Shown here piece by piece: positions 1 to 9,932 of a stretch of DNA of 64,000 nucleotides. The notes under the pieces were generated by a model. The model saw only the letters and a program-made list of their open reading frames with translations, was not told the origin of the DNA and did no database searches. How positions within the stretch are numbered: the stretch's first letter is position 1; each line of letters begins with the position of its first letter. The position numbers and the translations under genes are program-made. Source of the stretch: Candidatus Latescibacterota bacterium (lineage in GTDB: Bacteria; Latescibacterota; UBA2968; GCA-2709665); contig OZ250150.1 in assembly GCA_965237675.1 (NCBI GenBank), forward strand, positions 4,064,001 through 4,128,000, written 5' to 3'.

Positions 1-178
1 GGATCCCGGCCACGTAACCATTCGGCCAACGCCATCGTTGCCCTGATTCGACACTCGTAATTCCTGCCTGCGCGCAACTCTCCGAGACCGCGAAGTCCCT
101 CATCAGTGTTTATGTATACAAAGACCCAGTCTCCCCGGTGGTTCACCCGCACCGATGCCAGATCAACACCGGTAATTT

Positions 179-1258
179 TCATGCGACCCGCCTGTGACCG
201 TAGACTTCCGCAACGCGCGATGCAATGCTGTGCCAGTCCAGGGATTTTGCGCCTTCAAACGCCGCACGGCCCGCCTTGTCGAGGTCGCGCCGCCTAATGT
301 CAAGCAGCGCATGTGACAGAGCCCCGGCATCTCTCGGGTCGTACAAAATACCCATCGATTCGTCGACCAACTCCGGAAGACATCCCAGCGCCGGCACAAT
401 GACCGGTTTCCCGAAAGAAAGAGCGGCGATTGCAGACCCGGATGTCAGCACTTGCGTAAATGGCAGCACGACGACGTCTGCCGCATTCAAATAGATCTGA
501 AAATCCTCATTCGGGAAGAAAGTATGCGTAAACACGTGAATGCGATCATCCTCTTCCGTCATGCCGATTACCCGGTCGGCGTGACTTCCGTCGTAAGCCC
601 TTCGGGTCATGATGGCCAGCCTCGTATCGGAGCCCGCGCACTCGCGATAGGCATCGATCAGGTTTTCTATTCCCTTATAGACTCTGGCGTTTCCGAAAAA
701 CAAATATACAAACGCATCCTCAGGCAGACCTAACCGGCGCCTGGCTTCGTCCCGCGAGATCACATTGGGAAAAATGTCGATATAATGGCCGTGTGGAATG
801 ACATGCAGATCGTCGTTACGAAAAAACAGCTTGCGCGCAAGACCCGCACCGTAGTGACAGTGCGCAATCATTCCGTCCGCCAGCCGCGCCACGACCAGCC
901 GCGCCAGATGATCCAGGTCCGGAAACGGCCGTTCGTGGGGATACCGGTTGTGCAGCGTCCACACGACCCGGTACCCCAACTCCTTGGCGTAATGTAGATT
1001 GTCCGCGAATGTGTTAAGGCGGGATACCGATTCCTCGAGGGTCTCGCACCGGTAGAACCAGTGAAGCCAATTCAGATGCAACACGGAGTAGTCGTCTCGA
1101 GAGGCCTCAAGCCAATCCCGCTGGAACGCGTAGTCGCCCAGTTGAAGGTGAATATCCAGCTTTGCCAGGTCGTGGGCAAGCAGCGGCCCGTAGGGATTGC
1201 ACTTGTCTTGAAGTGCCAGACCGCCAGCCCCGGCTTCCCAGAAAAAGAAAGCCCGCAT
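179..1258 (-). CDS. Glycosyltransferase family 4 (GT-B)
   Basis: YLFFGNARVYKGIENL and ADVVVLPF..VLTSGSAIAALSFGKPVI motifs; 3 nt from the upstream gene's stop. Confidence 0.85.
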   Translation of the reverse strand: MRAFFFWEAGAGGLALQDKCNPYGPLLAHDLAKLDIHLQLGDYAFQRDWLEASRDDYSVLHLNWLHWFYRCETLEESVSRLNTFADNLHYAKELGYRVVWTLHNRYPHERPFPDLDHLARLVVARLADGMIAHCHYGAGLARKLFFRNDDLHVIPHGHYIDIFPNVISRDEARRRLGLPEDAFVYLFFGNARVYKGIENLIDAYRECAGSDTRLAIMTRRAYDGSHADRVIGMTEEDDRIHVFTHTFFPNEDFQIYLNAADVVVLPFTQVLTSGSAIAALSFGKPVIVPALGCLPELVDESMGILYDPRDAGALSHALLDIRRRDLDKAGRAAFEGAKSLDWHSIASRVAEVYGHRRVA

Positions 1259-1261
1259 GGG

Positions 1262-2206
1262 TCAATATCCCTTTTTCTTGTCTATCACGCTCAGCAGCGG
1301 CTGCCCGGCATCCAACCGCTTCAGGTTCTCACAAAACAGGTTCACAATGCGATCCTGCCTGTTGGGCGACCCGCCGGCGGTATGCGGGGTTATCAACACG
1401 TTTTCCATCTCCCACAGCGGATGACCCGGAGGAAGTGGCTCAACGGGTACAACATCCAGGCCCGCCCCGGCGATCCTTCCTCGATCCAGGGCCGCGACCA
1501 GCGCATTCTCGTCCATAATTCCTCCCCGGGTTACATTGATCAAAAGCGCATTGGATTTCATCGCATGGAACGCGTCTTCATCGAACATACCCCGGGTTTC
1601 CGGCGTGAGCGGCGCACACACAGCCACGACGTCGGACTGTTTCAGCAGGTCGAAGAACCGGTTCAATTTCCAGCAAGCAGCCACACAGTCCGGTACCTCC
1701 ACCTCTTCGGGGTCGACCGCGATGACGCGCATTCCGAACGCGTGCGCTCTCACGGCAAGTTCACGCCCTGTACCGCCCAGACCCACGATGCCCATCGTCA
1801 GATCGACCAACTCCCGGCTCGCGTTTCGGATCGCCATCCGCTGGTCCCACACGGGTTTCCTTACGGCCAGGGCGATGCCGCGCGTGAGCCCCAGCAATAA
1901 CGCCATGGCGTGTTCAGCCAGATGCACGCCCACCGTACCTCGACCGCTAGTCAAAACAACGTTGCTGTCCACAAACGCTTTAAATAACTGGCCGTCCACC
2001 CCGGCACCCCAGGTCTGTACCCACCGCAATCGTTCCCCGCGCCGGAACATCTCGGCACTCAAACTGCCAAAAACCACCTCCACATGTGGCATGACCTTCA
2101 GCAATTCGGCTTCGGACTCGGGCATTATCAATTCCACACCCGCAACCGTCGACCGAATCTGTTCCATGTGATGATCCGCCAACTCCACGCGCGCCAATAT
2201 GTTCAT
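1262..2206 (-). CDS. D-2-hydroxyacid dehydrogenase family protein
   Basis: GLGGTG Rossmann motif, NVTRGG, LDV..EPL, ITPHTAG catalytic motifs. Confidence 0.92.
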   Translation of the reverse strand: MNILARVELADHHMEQIRSTVAGVELIMPESEAELLKVMPHVEVVFGSLSAEMFRRGERLRWVQTWGAGVDGQLFKAFVDSNVVLTSGRGTVGVHLAEHAMALLLGLTRGIALAVRKPVWDQRMAIRNASRELVDLTMGIVGLGGTGRELAVRAHAFGMRVIAVDPEEVEVPDCVAACWKLNRFFDLLKQSDVVAVCAPLTPETRGMFDEDAFHAMKSNALLINVTRGGIMDENALVAALDRGRIAGAGLDVVPVEPLPPGHPLWEMENVLITPHTAGGSPNRQDRIVNLFCENLKRLDAGQPLLSVIDKKKGY

Positions 2207-2253
2207 TACGTCGTCTCTCTGATCCGAAATGAGAAGATTGCCCGTCGGTTGCG

Positions 2254-3501
2254 CTAGAATACCTCCTCGGCGGAGGCGCGAACGGCGGCTGAAAGGGCAT
2301 CGATTTTTTCGTCGGGGAACCAGGGATTAACGCTGGTGAGCAGCAGAACCCGCTGGAGCAGGTCTTCCGTCCGTGGGCACAGCCCCGGCCCATAAGTGAC
2401 CTCGCCGTCGTACATCGGCGACTTCCAGGGATTCGCGTGTGGCGAAGCCGTGGCCTGGTTCTGGATGGGCGGTCCCATGTAAACAGGCTTTCCACTATAC
2501 CCCAGCCCGGCTGAAAACCCCCGGGCGCGCATTGCCTTCGCAAACCGGGCGCAGGTGTGCCGATCTTCAAAGACGAGATCCCAGTGCACTCCGAGGTGGC
2601 CGTCTTCGTCGTTTGTCGGCCTGATTTTCACCCCGGGCAAACCGGCGACTCCCTTCTGAAATCGCCGGAATTTGCGACGCAGGTTCTCGACAATTCCATC
2701 CATCTTCTGAAGCTGCGCAAGCGCAACCGCCCCCGTCATCTCGGGCATTCTGAAATTCTCGCCGACGAACGGCTCCAGGCTCGGCTCAAACCCCGGAAAT
2801 CTTGTCTTTTCCCGGAACAATCCCTGGTCGTGGTAGCGAACGGCGCGCTCGTAGAGTTCGCCGTTGTCGGACACCACCACGCCGCCCTCTCCGGAAGTGA
2901 TGATCTTTCCAAATTGCAGGCTGAACGCGCCCAGATTGCCCCACGTCCCAATGGCCTTTCCTTTGTAGGTCGCACCCGCGCTCTGGGAGCAATCTTCGAT
3001 CACCTTCAATCCATGTCGTTCCGCGACTTCCATAATGCCGTCCATCCTGCACGGTGTCCCCCACAGGTGAACAGGCAGAATCGCCTTTGTTCGGGGCGTG
3101 ACTCTGGCTTCGATGTCGTCCGGATCCAGTGTCATTGACCGGTCAACTTCGGCAAAGATCGGCACACCTCCGAGGAGGACAACTGCCCCCGGGGTGGCGA
3201 CGAATGTGACCGGCGGCATAATCACCTCGTCACCCGGACCGACTCCTGCGGCAACCAGGGCGACCTTGATTGCAGCTGTTCCGGATGTGACCGCCAGGGC
3301 GTACGCGGAATCCATTTTCCGGGCAAACCCCTGCTCGAAACGCGCCACCATATCCAGGCGGTCAGGACCGTAATCCCTGGAAAGAGATCGACTCTTTATT
3401 ACTGCCAGAACTTCCTGAACCTCCTCATCGTCAAGCACGGAAGCCCCGGAGTGGAGATTCCGTAGCGGACTTTCCGGAGGCAGTGTCCGTTTGCTTGCCA
3501 T
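2254..3501 (-). CDS. DegT/DnrJ/EryC1/StrS family PLP-dependent aminotransferase
   Basis: SGTAA, IEDCSQ, FSLQFGKIITSGEGG with PLP lysine. Confidence 0.92.
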   Translation of the reverse strand: MASKRTLPPESPLRNLHSGASVLDDEEVQEVLAVIKSRSLSRDYGPDRLDMVARFEQGFARKMDSAYALAVTSGTAAIKVALVAAGVGPGDEVIMPPVTFVATPGAVVLLGGVPIFAEVDRSMTLDPDDIEARVTPRTKAILPVHLWGTPCRMDGIMEVAERHGLKVIEDCSQSAGATYKGKAIGTWGNLGAFSLQFGKIITSGEGGVVVSDNGELYERAVRYHDQGLFREKTRFPGFEPSLEPFVGENFRMPEMTGAVALAQLQKMDGIVENLRRKFRRFQKGVAGLPGVKIRPTNDEDGHLGVHWDLVFEDRHTCARFAKAMRARGFSAGLGYSGKPVYMGPPIQNQATASPHANPWKSPMYDGEVTYGPGLCPRTEDLLQRVLLLTSVNPWFPDEKIDALSAAVRASAEEVF

Positions 3502-3519
3502 CCCGATTTCTCCGTTGCG

Positions 3520-4926
3520 TCAAGCCGGCCAGGAAGGCCTCAGAAAATCCCCTGTTTCATGCATCCAGCCGGCAAGTTGCGTTCTCAGGTCGTCTCGTGC
3601 CGCCCGGTGAACCGGGACTTGAGCGAGATTTCGCACTTCGTGTGGATCCGCGCTGCGGTCGAAGAGTTGATCCGCATCGCGATGGTGATAGATATATTTG
3701 TAGTCGGCTGTCACCACGCCCCGTGTGTGAATCCCGCCGTGAATGTAACCGTTGAACTCCACAAACGCCGCGTTGCCGGTATGTACGAGGGCGTCCGACA
3801 GATCCGGCATCAGGCTCTTGCCCTGCACCCGGCACATCGGCGGCAGGTCGAGCAAATCCAGAATCGTCGGCGGCAGGTCCACGTGGGATCCGAAACCCCC
3901 TCGATCGCCGGGTTCGATACCTGGCGCGGATACCATTAATGGCAACTGGATGGATTCCGCGTAAAGCACGCCCTTCTGATAGAGATTGTGGGCGCCGAGC
4001 ATTTCGCCGTGGTCGCACGTGAAAACCACGACCGTATCGTCCGCCCGTCCGGAAACCTCCAGGCCTTCCAGCACCGTACCCACGCAGGTATCCAGGAACG
4101 CCACGAACCCCCAGTAGGTCGCAGCCGCCAACGCCCACCGTTCCCAGGACCAGCCGCGGACGCACTGCGCCCCGGCCGAATCTCGCACGGGCCCCGGCAG
4201 GCTTTCCATATTCTCGCCGAAGCTTGGCGGCGGTACCATCTCATGCGGCGAAAACAAACTGTAGTACGGTTCGGGTACCAGAATGGGAGGATGGGGACCA
4301 CCCAGCGAACACCATGCGGCAAATGGACGGTCGCCCGGCGCCGAACGGATGAACTCGCTCATATTTCGCGCGATGGCCCTATCGGGATGGGCGTCAGGCG
4401 GTTCTGTCCAGCGCGCCGGCACGGGAACGCTGATGCCCCAATCGTGCATCGCTCCACTGTCGGTGGGTGTGGAGATTGGCGCCCTCTGATCGCCGTCTTT
4501 CCCTCCCTGAGCAATCAGCATGCACAGGTGGTCTTCGTACGGGAAGCCGCGAGGCACGAAATGCGCGTATTCCCCGCACCGGTCGTCTTCCGGCGGCCGG
4601 TTGACATGCCAGATCCCTTCGTAGCCGACGTGATAGCCACGATCCATCAGGAAGTCGGACAGCAACTGCTCTCCGGCATTAATGGTTTCGTATCCCGGCC
4701 CGAATGTCGTCGCACCGTGCGCGTGCGGCCAGCGTCCTGTCATCATGGACGGGCGTGTGGGCACACATAGCGGGGTTGCGCAGTAAAACTCCTGGAATAC
4801 CGCGCTCCGCTCGGCCAGCCTGTCGAGATGAGGCGTCGGCACCCGCCCACCGTAGGGGCCCAACGTCTGTCGTTGGAGTTGATCGCAAAGAATCACGACC
4901 AGATTTTTTGATCCGCGCCCTGACAT
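3520..4926 (-). CDS. Formylglycine-dependent sulfatase
   Basis: CVPTR (CxPxR) motif, DHGEMLGAH..QKG; start ATG 4926 or TTG 4932. Confidence 0.9.
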   Translation of the reverse strand: MSGRGSKNLVVILCDQLQRQTLGPYGGRVPTPHLDRLAERSAVFQEFYCATPLCVPTRPSMMTGRWPHAHGATTFGPGYETINAGEQLLSDFLMDRGYHVGYEGIWHVNRPPEDDRCGEYAHFVPRGFPYEDHLCMLIAQGGKDGDQRAPISTPTDSGAMHDWGISVPVPARWTEPPDAHPDRAIARNMSEFIRSAPGDRPFAAWCSLGGPHPPILVPEPYYSLFSPHEMVPPPSFGENMESLPGPVRDSAGAQCVRGWSWERWALAAATYWGFVAFLDTCVGTVLEGLEVSGRADDTVVVFTCDHGEMLGAHNLYQKGVLYAESIQLPLMVSAPGIEPGDRGGFGSHVDLPPTILDLLDLPPMCRVQGKSLMPDLSDALVHTGNAAFVEFNGYIHGGIHTRGVVTADYKYIYHHRDADQLFDRSADPHEVRNLAQVPVHRAARDDLRTQLAGWMHETGDFLRPSWPA

Positions 4927-5056
4927 CTCCAACCGCCACCTCTGCTTTTCCGAACCCCGACTGACGTATTGTCCGTTCCATAATACGGTGTTGTATGTCG
5001 TGTTTTTACTTGTTGAAGAAAACTAGAATCGGTCCGATAATTCCGGAGCAATGCGA

Positions 5057-5719
5057 CTACGTGTCGTCAGTGTTCGCCACCACCAGAGAAACCGCCAACC
5101 AACCCCCTACCGGAATGATATTCGAAACCAGACGCGGGTGTTCCGCCACACGTCTGTTATAATTCTGGATCCCCCGTCTGCCGTCTCCAGCGTGCAGCGA
5201 TTCGTGTACGTGGCCATGGCCATTGGCGTTGTCGGCCACGATCAGACCGCCGACCCTTGTATTTTCCAGCGCAAAGTCCAGATAGACCGGATAGTTTTCC
5301 TTGTCCGCGTCAATGAATACGAGATCGAACGGTCCTTCCCCCACCAGGTTCTTCATCAGGACGGCCCCATCTCCGACGCGTACTTCCGTCCGATCCGCCA
5401 ACCCCGCAGCGGCAAGATTCGCCCGCGATACTTCGGCGTGTTTCGGATCCATCTCGAGCGAAACGAAATGCCCGTCGTCCGGCAGCGACCGTGCCAGCCA
5501 GATCCCCGAGTAGCCGGCGAGAGAACCGAATTCCAGGATTCTTCTCGCGCCGATCGCTTTCGCGAGCATATAAAGGGTCTTACCTGATTCCGGACTGATG
5601 GATATTCGTGGAAGCCCCCGCATCACGGCTCGGGGCATCACATCCTTCAACAGGTCGTCTTCCCGTGCGAACACTTCTCGTCTATAGGTATCCAGGTCGG
5701 GATAGGTCGCGTCGGCCAC
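5057..5719 (-). CDS. O-methyltransferase (caffeoyl-CoA OMT-like, class I SAM-dependent)
   Basis: ILEFGSLAGYSG, FDLVFIDADKENY, DN motifs; GTG start after GAGGGAG RBS. Confidence 0.88.
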   Translation of the reverse strand: MADATYPDLDTYRREVFAREDDLLKDVMPRAVMRGLPRISISPESGKTLYMLAKAIGARRILEFGSLAGYSGIWLARSLPDDGHFVSLEMDPKHAEVSRANLAAAGLADRTEVRVGDGAVLMKNLVGEGPFDLVFIDADKENYPVYLDFALENTRVGGLIVADNANGHGHVHESLHAGDGRRGIQNYNRRVAEHPRLVSNIIPVGGWLAVSLVVANTDDT

Positions 5720-5846
5720 GTCGTCTCCCTCTGAGAGGATATATTTAGATTTCTGCCATGGATTCACGAAACTCCAGCCGTGGTCTGCTGTTGGAACCAC
5801 TCGATGCCGCTGTTGTTACCCTGTGCGTACCCGCGCGCCGGCGCTC

Positions 5847-6851
5847 TTACCGCGAACCGGCTTGCGCCTTCATATAGGCCTCAAAATCAATGACGCGCCC
5901 CTCGTCGGAAGCCACCCCGATGCCTTCCACCATGCCGACGGTGGCCAGATTCCGGTGCCCGCCGAAATCCGGTTCGACCCCTTCGGTCACATACCGATGG
6001 AACCCATCCAGCAGAACCTCTTCAGACGCCGGAACATGATCCATAGGAATGACTTCGTCTTCATCTGCACCTGGGGCGCGCAGGAGCCATCCGTTGTCGG
6101 TCAACTCAAGGGCGCCGCCATCCAGTTCGACCCTCAAGGCCGACCCGCCCTTGTGGGCCGCGAACGTGCAGAGATAACCGCAGGTCGCCCCGCCCTCAAA
6201 TTCGATCCACGCGTGGACACCGGCGCCACCCTTATACGGACTCCAGGGCGGATTGAAACTATGCCCCCACACGCGTACGGGATCGGCGTTGAACAGGAAA
6301 CGAAGGGTATCCAGATCGTGAATGCTTCGCTCCCAGAGGTAGGCATGCTCGTCGACCCCGGAATGGTGTACACGGGGTCTCCACCCGTACTTGGTCATCA
6401 GCCCGTATACAGGCCTTCCGTAAGTGCCCTCCCTCACGAGACGGTTGAGGGTGACATGCGCCGCCGCGTATCTCGCATTCTGACACACGGCCACCCTGAC
6501 ACCCATGTCATCGGCTTCCCGGACCACACGGCACGCGTCGGCCAGGGTTTTGGCGAATGGCTTTTCCACAAGCACATGTTTGCCCGCCCGAACCGCCTGG
6601 AGACACTGTTCGGCGTGTAGCTGCGGGGGAGTAATCACAACGACGGCATCCGCGTCTACGCTATCGAGCGCATCGACCAGAGACCGGTAACACGCGGCTT
6701 CCGACAACCCCGATTCCACCTGGGCCCACTTCAGATTTCCTTCGTTCACGTCGACGAGAGCCACGCTTTCGAAGTCTGAGCGTTCCATCACGCGACGAAC
6801 CGGCCACCTTCCCCTGCCCCCAACACCCAAGTGAATGAGACGTATTGCCAT
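5847..6851 (-). CDS. Gfo/Idh/MocA family oxidoreductase
   Basis: GVGGRG, GKHVLVEKP, SIHDLD; GAGGAGG RBS before ATG 6851. Confidence 0.9.
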   Translation of the reverse strand: MAIRLIHLGVGGRGRWPVRRVMERSDFESVALVDVNEGNLKWAQVESGLSEAACYRSLVDALDSVDADAVVVITPPQLHAEQCLQAVRAGKHVLVEKPFAKTLADACRVVREADDMGVRVAVCQNARYAAAHVTLNRLVREGTYGRPVYGLMTKYGWRPRVHHSGVDEHAYLWERSIHDLDTLRFLFNADPVRVWGHSFNPPWSPYKGGAGVHAWIEFEGGATCGYLCTFAAHKGGSALRVELDGGALELTDNGWLLRAPGADEDEVIPMDHVPASEEVLLDGFHRYVTEGVEPDFGGHRNLATVGMVEGIGVASDEGRVIDFEAYMKAQAGSR

Positions 6852-7071
6852 AGGGCCTCCTCGGAATTTTGATTCGGGGCTTATGCCGATGAAGTTCCGG
6901 CATCCGCACAATATAAGGTACATGCCCGGATACCGCACAAATTTCCTTCACCTCATACACACGGACACGACCGTTCTTAATCCTGTTGACATCTATGTCC
7001 GATTGCCCTAATCATGTCTTCAACCGGAAGATGTATCGCATACCCTGACCCTGGCGGAGGAAGGAAACCGA

Positions 7072-8559
7072 ATGCTGGAGACCGTCGATCTTTCACGAAA
7101 ATTGACAAAATCCAAATATAGAGAACTCATACCGGGCCTCGAACTCAAACTCGGGCACCTCCAGCGAAACGCCAGAAAGTGGAAGATTCCAATCGTCGTC
7201 GTTTTCGAGGGCCTGGAGGCCTCTGGCAAGGGTACCCACACCAACAAGCTGCTGCTGGCGTTGGATCCCAGGGGCTTCAGCGTGCACCCGACCCAACCGG
7301 CCAATGAAGAAGAGCGCAGAAAGCCCTTCCTTTGGCGTTTCTGGACGAAGATACCCGAGGCAGGGAGAATCGCGATCTTCGACCGATCCTGGTACGGACG
7401 GTTTATGGTAGAGCGAATGGACAAAACAATCGCTGAAGACGATTGGGTACGGGCATACGACGAAATCAGATCTTTCGAAAAACAGCTTGTCGACGCAGGC
7501 ACCGTCATCGTCAAGTTCTTCCTGCATATCTCCCAGGCGGAACAACGGAAACGGTTCATGAAGCTGCAAAGCAGCCCGTCAACGGCATGGCGCATCACCG
7601 ATTACGACTGGCAAAAGCACGAGAACTACGGCGAATGCCTGGTGGTTGCCACAGAGATGCTGAAGAAAACCCATTCAGATTTTGCGCCCTGGACGCCGGT
7701 CGGGGCTGACGGCTGGCGACGTGCAAACATCAAGATCTTCAAAACCGTAATCGAAGCCGTCGAAGGCCGGATTCGGCAACTGGAGGACGCCGAAGGCTCG
7801 ACTCTGCCGCCTCCGACGAAACTTGGAAAGACCCCTTCCGGCATGCTGAGAAAGGTCGATCTGTCACGATCGATGAAGAAATCCGACTATCGTAAAGCCC
7901 TGAAAAAGCACCAGGCACGCATCAAGAATCTGGAACACGAGGTTCACCGCCGCCGCATTCCCGTCGTGCTGGTCTACGAAGGCTGGGATGGCGCGGGCAA
8001 GGGCGGCAATATCAAACGCCTCGTGCAGAATATGGACCCCAGAGGGTATGAAGTCATTCCCATTTCGGCACCCAACGACATCGAGTTGGACCACCACTAT
8101 CTCTGGCGATTCTGGAATCGAATGCCCAAGACCGGGCATATGGCCATTTTTGACCGTTCGTGGTACGGGAGGGTCCTGGTTGAGCGTATCGAGGGATTTT
8201 GTACGGAATCAGAGTGGAAACGCGCCTACCGGGAAATCAAAGAAATGGAAGAACACCTGACGAACTTTGGCACCGTTCTTCTCAAGTTCTGGATGCACGT
8301 GGACAAAAACGAACAGCTCAACCGGTTTGAGGATCGCAAAAAGAACCTCCACAAACGGTGGAAGCTCGGTGATGAGGATTGGAGAAACAGGGAGAAGTGG
8401 GACCAGTACGAGGAAGCCGTGGAAGAAATGATCCATCGGACCAGCACACCCAACGCACCGTGGGTGATTGTCGAATCAAATTCGAAATATTATGCCAGAA
8501 TCAAGGTATTGAAAACCGTTACCAGAAAACTGGAATCGCGTCTTGGAATAAGACACTGA
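7072..8559 (+). CDS. pap: Two-domain polyphosphate kinase 2 (polyphosphate:AMP phosphotransferase type)
   Basis: Two PPK2 domains, each with Walker A (GLEASGKG / GWDGAGKG) and FDRSWYGR. Confidence 0.9.
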   Translation: MLETVDLSRKLTKSKYRELIPGLELKLGHLQRNARKWKIPIVVVFEGLEASGKGTHTNKLLLALDPRGFSVHPTQPANEEERRKPFLWRFWTKIPEAGRIAIFDRSWYGRFMVERMDKTIAEDDWVRAYDEIRSFEKQLVDAGTVIVKFFLHISQAEQRKRFMKLQSSPSTAWRITDYDWQKHENYGECLVVATEMLKKTHSDFAPWTPVGADGWRRANIKIFKTVIEAVEGRIRQLEDAEGSTLPPPTKLGKTPSGMLRKVDLSRSMKKSDYRKALKKHQARIKNLEHEVHRRRIPVVLVYEGWDGAGKGGNIKRLVQNMDPRGYEVIPISAPNDIELDHHYLWRFWNRMPKTGHMAIFDRSWYGRVLVERIEGFCTESEWKRAYREIKEMEEHLTNFGTVLLKFWMHVDKNEQLNRFEDRKKNLHKRWKLGDEDWRNREKWDQYEEAVEEMIHRTSTPNAPWVIVESNSKYYARIKVLKTVTRKLESRLGIRH

Positions 8560-8582
8560 TCCTGAATCCGAGGAGAGTTTCC

Positions 8583-9839
8583 ATGCAGGTAAAAGAAATT
8601 GACATCAGCTTCCACGAAGTGCCATTTACACGGCACAGCAATCAACATCTCATGTACTGGCTGCCCCAATGGCGCATCATCCAGATCTGTAAGCTCACGT
8701 TGGATAACGGCATTGTGGGATGGGGCGAAACCGTTCACAACTACACGTGGGCCCAGGTGCCCGAACAAATCGAACGCCGCATACGGAACCGACCCGCGGC
8801 AGAACTGATGTGGGACGACAGCCTGGGCGCGGGTGTGCAAATGGCGTTGTTCGACGTGGTGGCAAAGGGGCTCGGAGTGCCCGTCTACAGGTTACTCGGC
8901 ACGAAAGTCCGAGACTGGTGCCCCATCTCCTGGTGGCACATGGACATGCCGCCGGAGGACTGGGCCGAAGAATGCCGACAGGCTGTGAACGCCGGTTATA
9001 TGAGCGCCAAACTGAAGGCCCGACCGTGGTTCGATCTGCACGCGTCGGTTCGGGCCGTTCGAGAGGTGGTACCGGATGGGTTTCATCTCGACTTCGACTA
9101 CAACGGCACGCTTGCCAATTCCGCAAATGCCGTTCCGCACCTTAAGGAGTTGGAAGCTTATTCCGAGATTGCCATGGTAGAAACGCCGATTCCCCAGAAC
9201 GACGTCGCGGGAAACCGTCAGATCCGCAGGCGTTTCAACCGGCCTCTTGCCATGCATTACGGTAACCCTCCAGCATTAACAGCGCTGAAGGAGGACGTGA
9301 CGGACGGCTTCGTTCTCTGCGCGGGCGCGTCGCGGTTGTTGAATCAGGCGGCCGTGTGTGACGAAGCCAACAAACCATTCTGGCTACAACTCGTCGGTAC
9401 GGGCATCACGACGGCGTGGGCGGCGCACCTCGGCGCGGTTCTGCAGCAGGCCAAATGGCCGGCCATCACTTGCATGAACATCTGGGAGCATGGGTTAATC
9501 GAAAACCCTCACGAGGTGCGAGGCGGATTCTATCGTGTACCCGAAGCACCCGGTCTGGGCGTCAACGTCGACACTGCGGCGCTAACACGATACGCAGTCT
9601 CTCACGCCTGGGTGGACCCACCCCGCCATCTCTACCGATACGCCCGTGCCAGTGGGGAAGCCACCTTTTACGCCTGCAACCGGCAAGACCTTCACAGGGT
9701 CTACGTGGATGACGCACAGCCGATTTCTGAACCCGGCTCTATCCTGGAAATCGTGCCCGACGACGGCAGCGAAGCATTTGATCGCCGGTATGAAGCCGCC
9801 TCCCGGGAGCCGGTAAGAGAAAAAGCGAAACGTGGATGA
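8583..9839 (+). CDS. Mandelate racemase/muconate lactonizing (enolase superfamily) enzyme
   Basis: GWGE, ALFD..AK..GVPVYRLLG, KLK, DYN..E metal ligands, PEAPGLG; GAGGAG RBS. Confidence 0.85.
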   Translation: MQVKEIDISFHEVPFTRHSNQHLMYWLPQWRIIQICKLTLDNGIVGWGETVHNYTWAQVPEQIERRIRNRPAAELMWDDSLGAGVQMALFDVVAKGLGVPVYRLLGTKVRDWCPISWWHMDMPPEDWAEECRQAVNAGYMSAKLKARPWFDLHASVRAVREVVPDGFHLDFDYNGTLANSANAVPHLKELEAYSEIAMVETPIPQNDVAGNRQIRRRFNRPLAMHYGNPPALTALKEDVTDGFVLCAGASRLLNQAAVCDEANKPFWLQLVGTGITTAWAAHLGAVLQQAKWPAITCMNIWEHGLIENPHEVRGGFYRVPEAPGLGVNVDTAALTRYAVSHAWVDPPRHLYRYARASGEATFYACNRQDLHRVYVDDAQPISEPGSILEIVPDDGSEAFDRRYEAASREPVREKAKRG

Positions 9840-9932
9840 ATCAAATCGTGTTTCCACTTTCAAATCAAGAGGGCGTCGTCGTTAAAGGAAGCCCCCCTTC
9901 TCATCGTGCCGCGCCCTTCTTCTGAGCAGGTC

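Noticed and set aside
1-60. Possible 3' end of a plus-strand gene (..NAIVALIRHS*)
   Set aside because: Too short to identify or support
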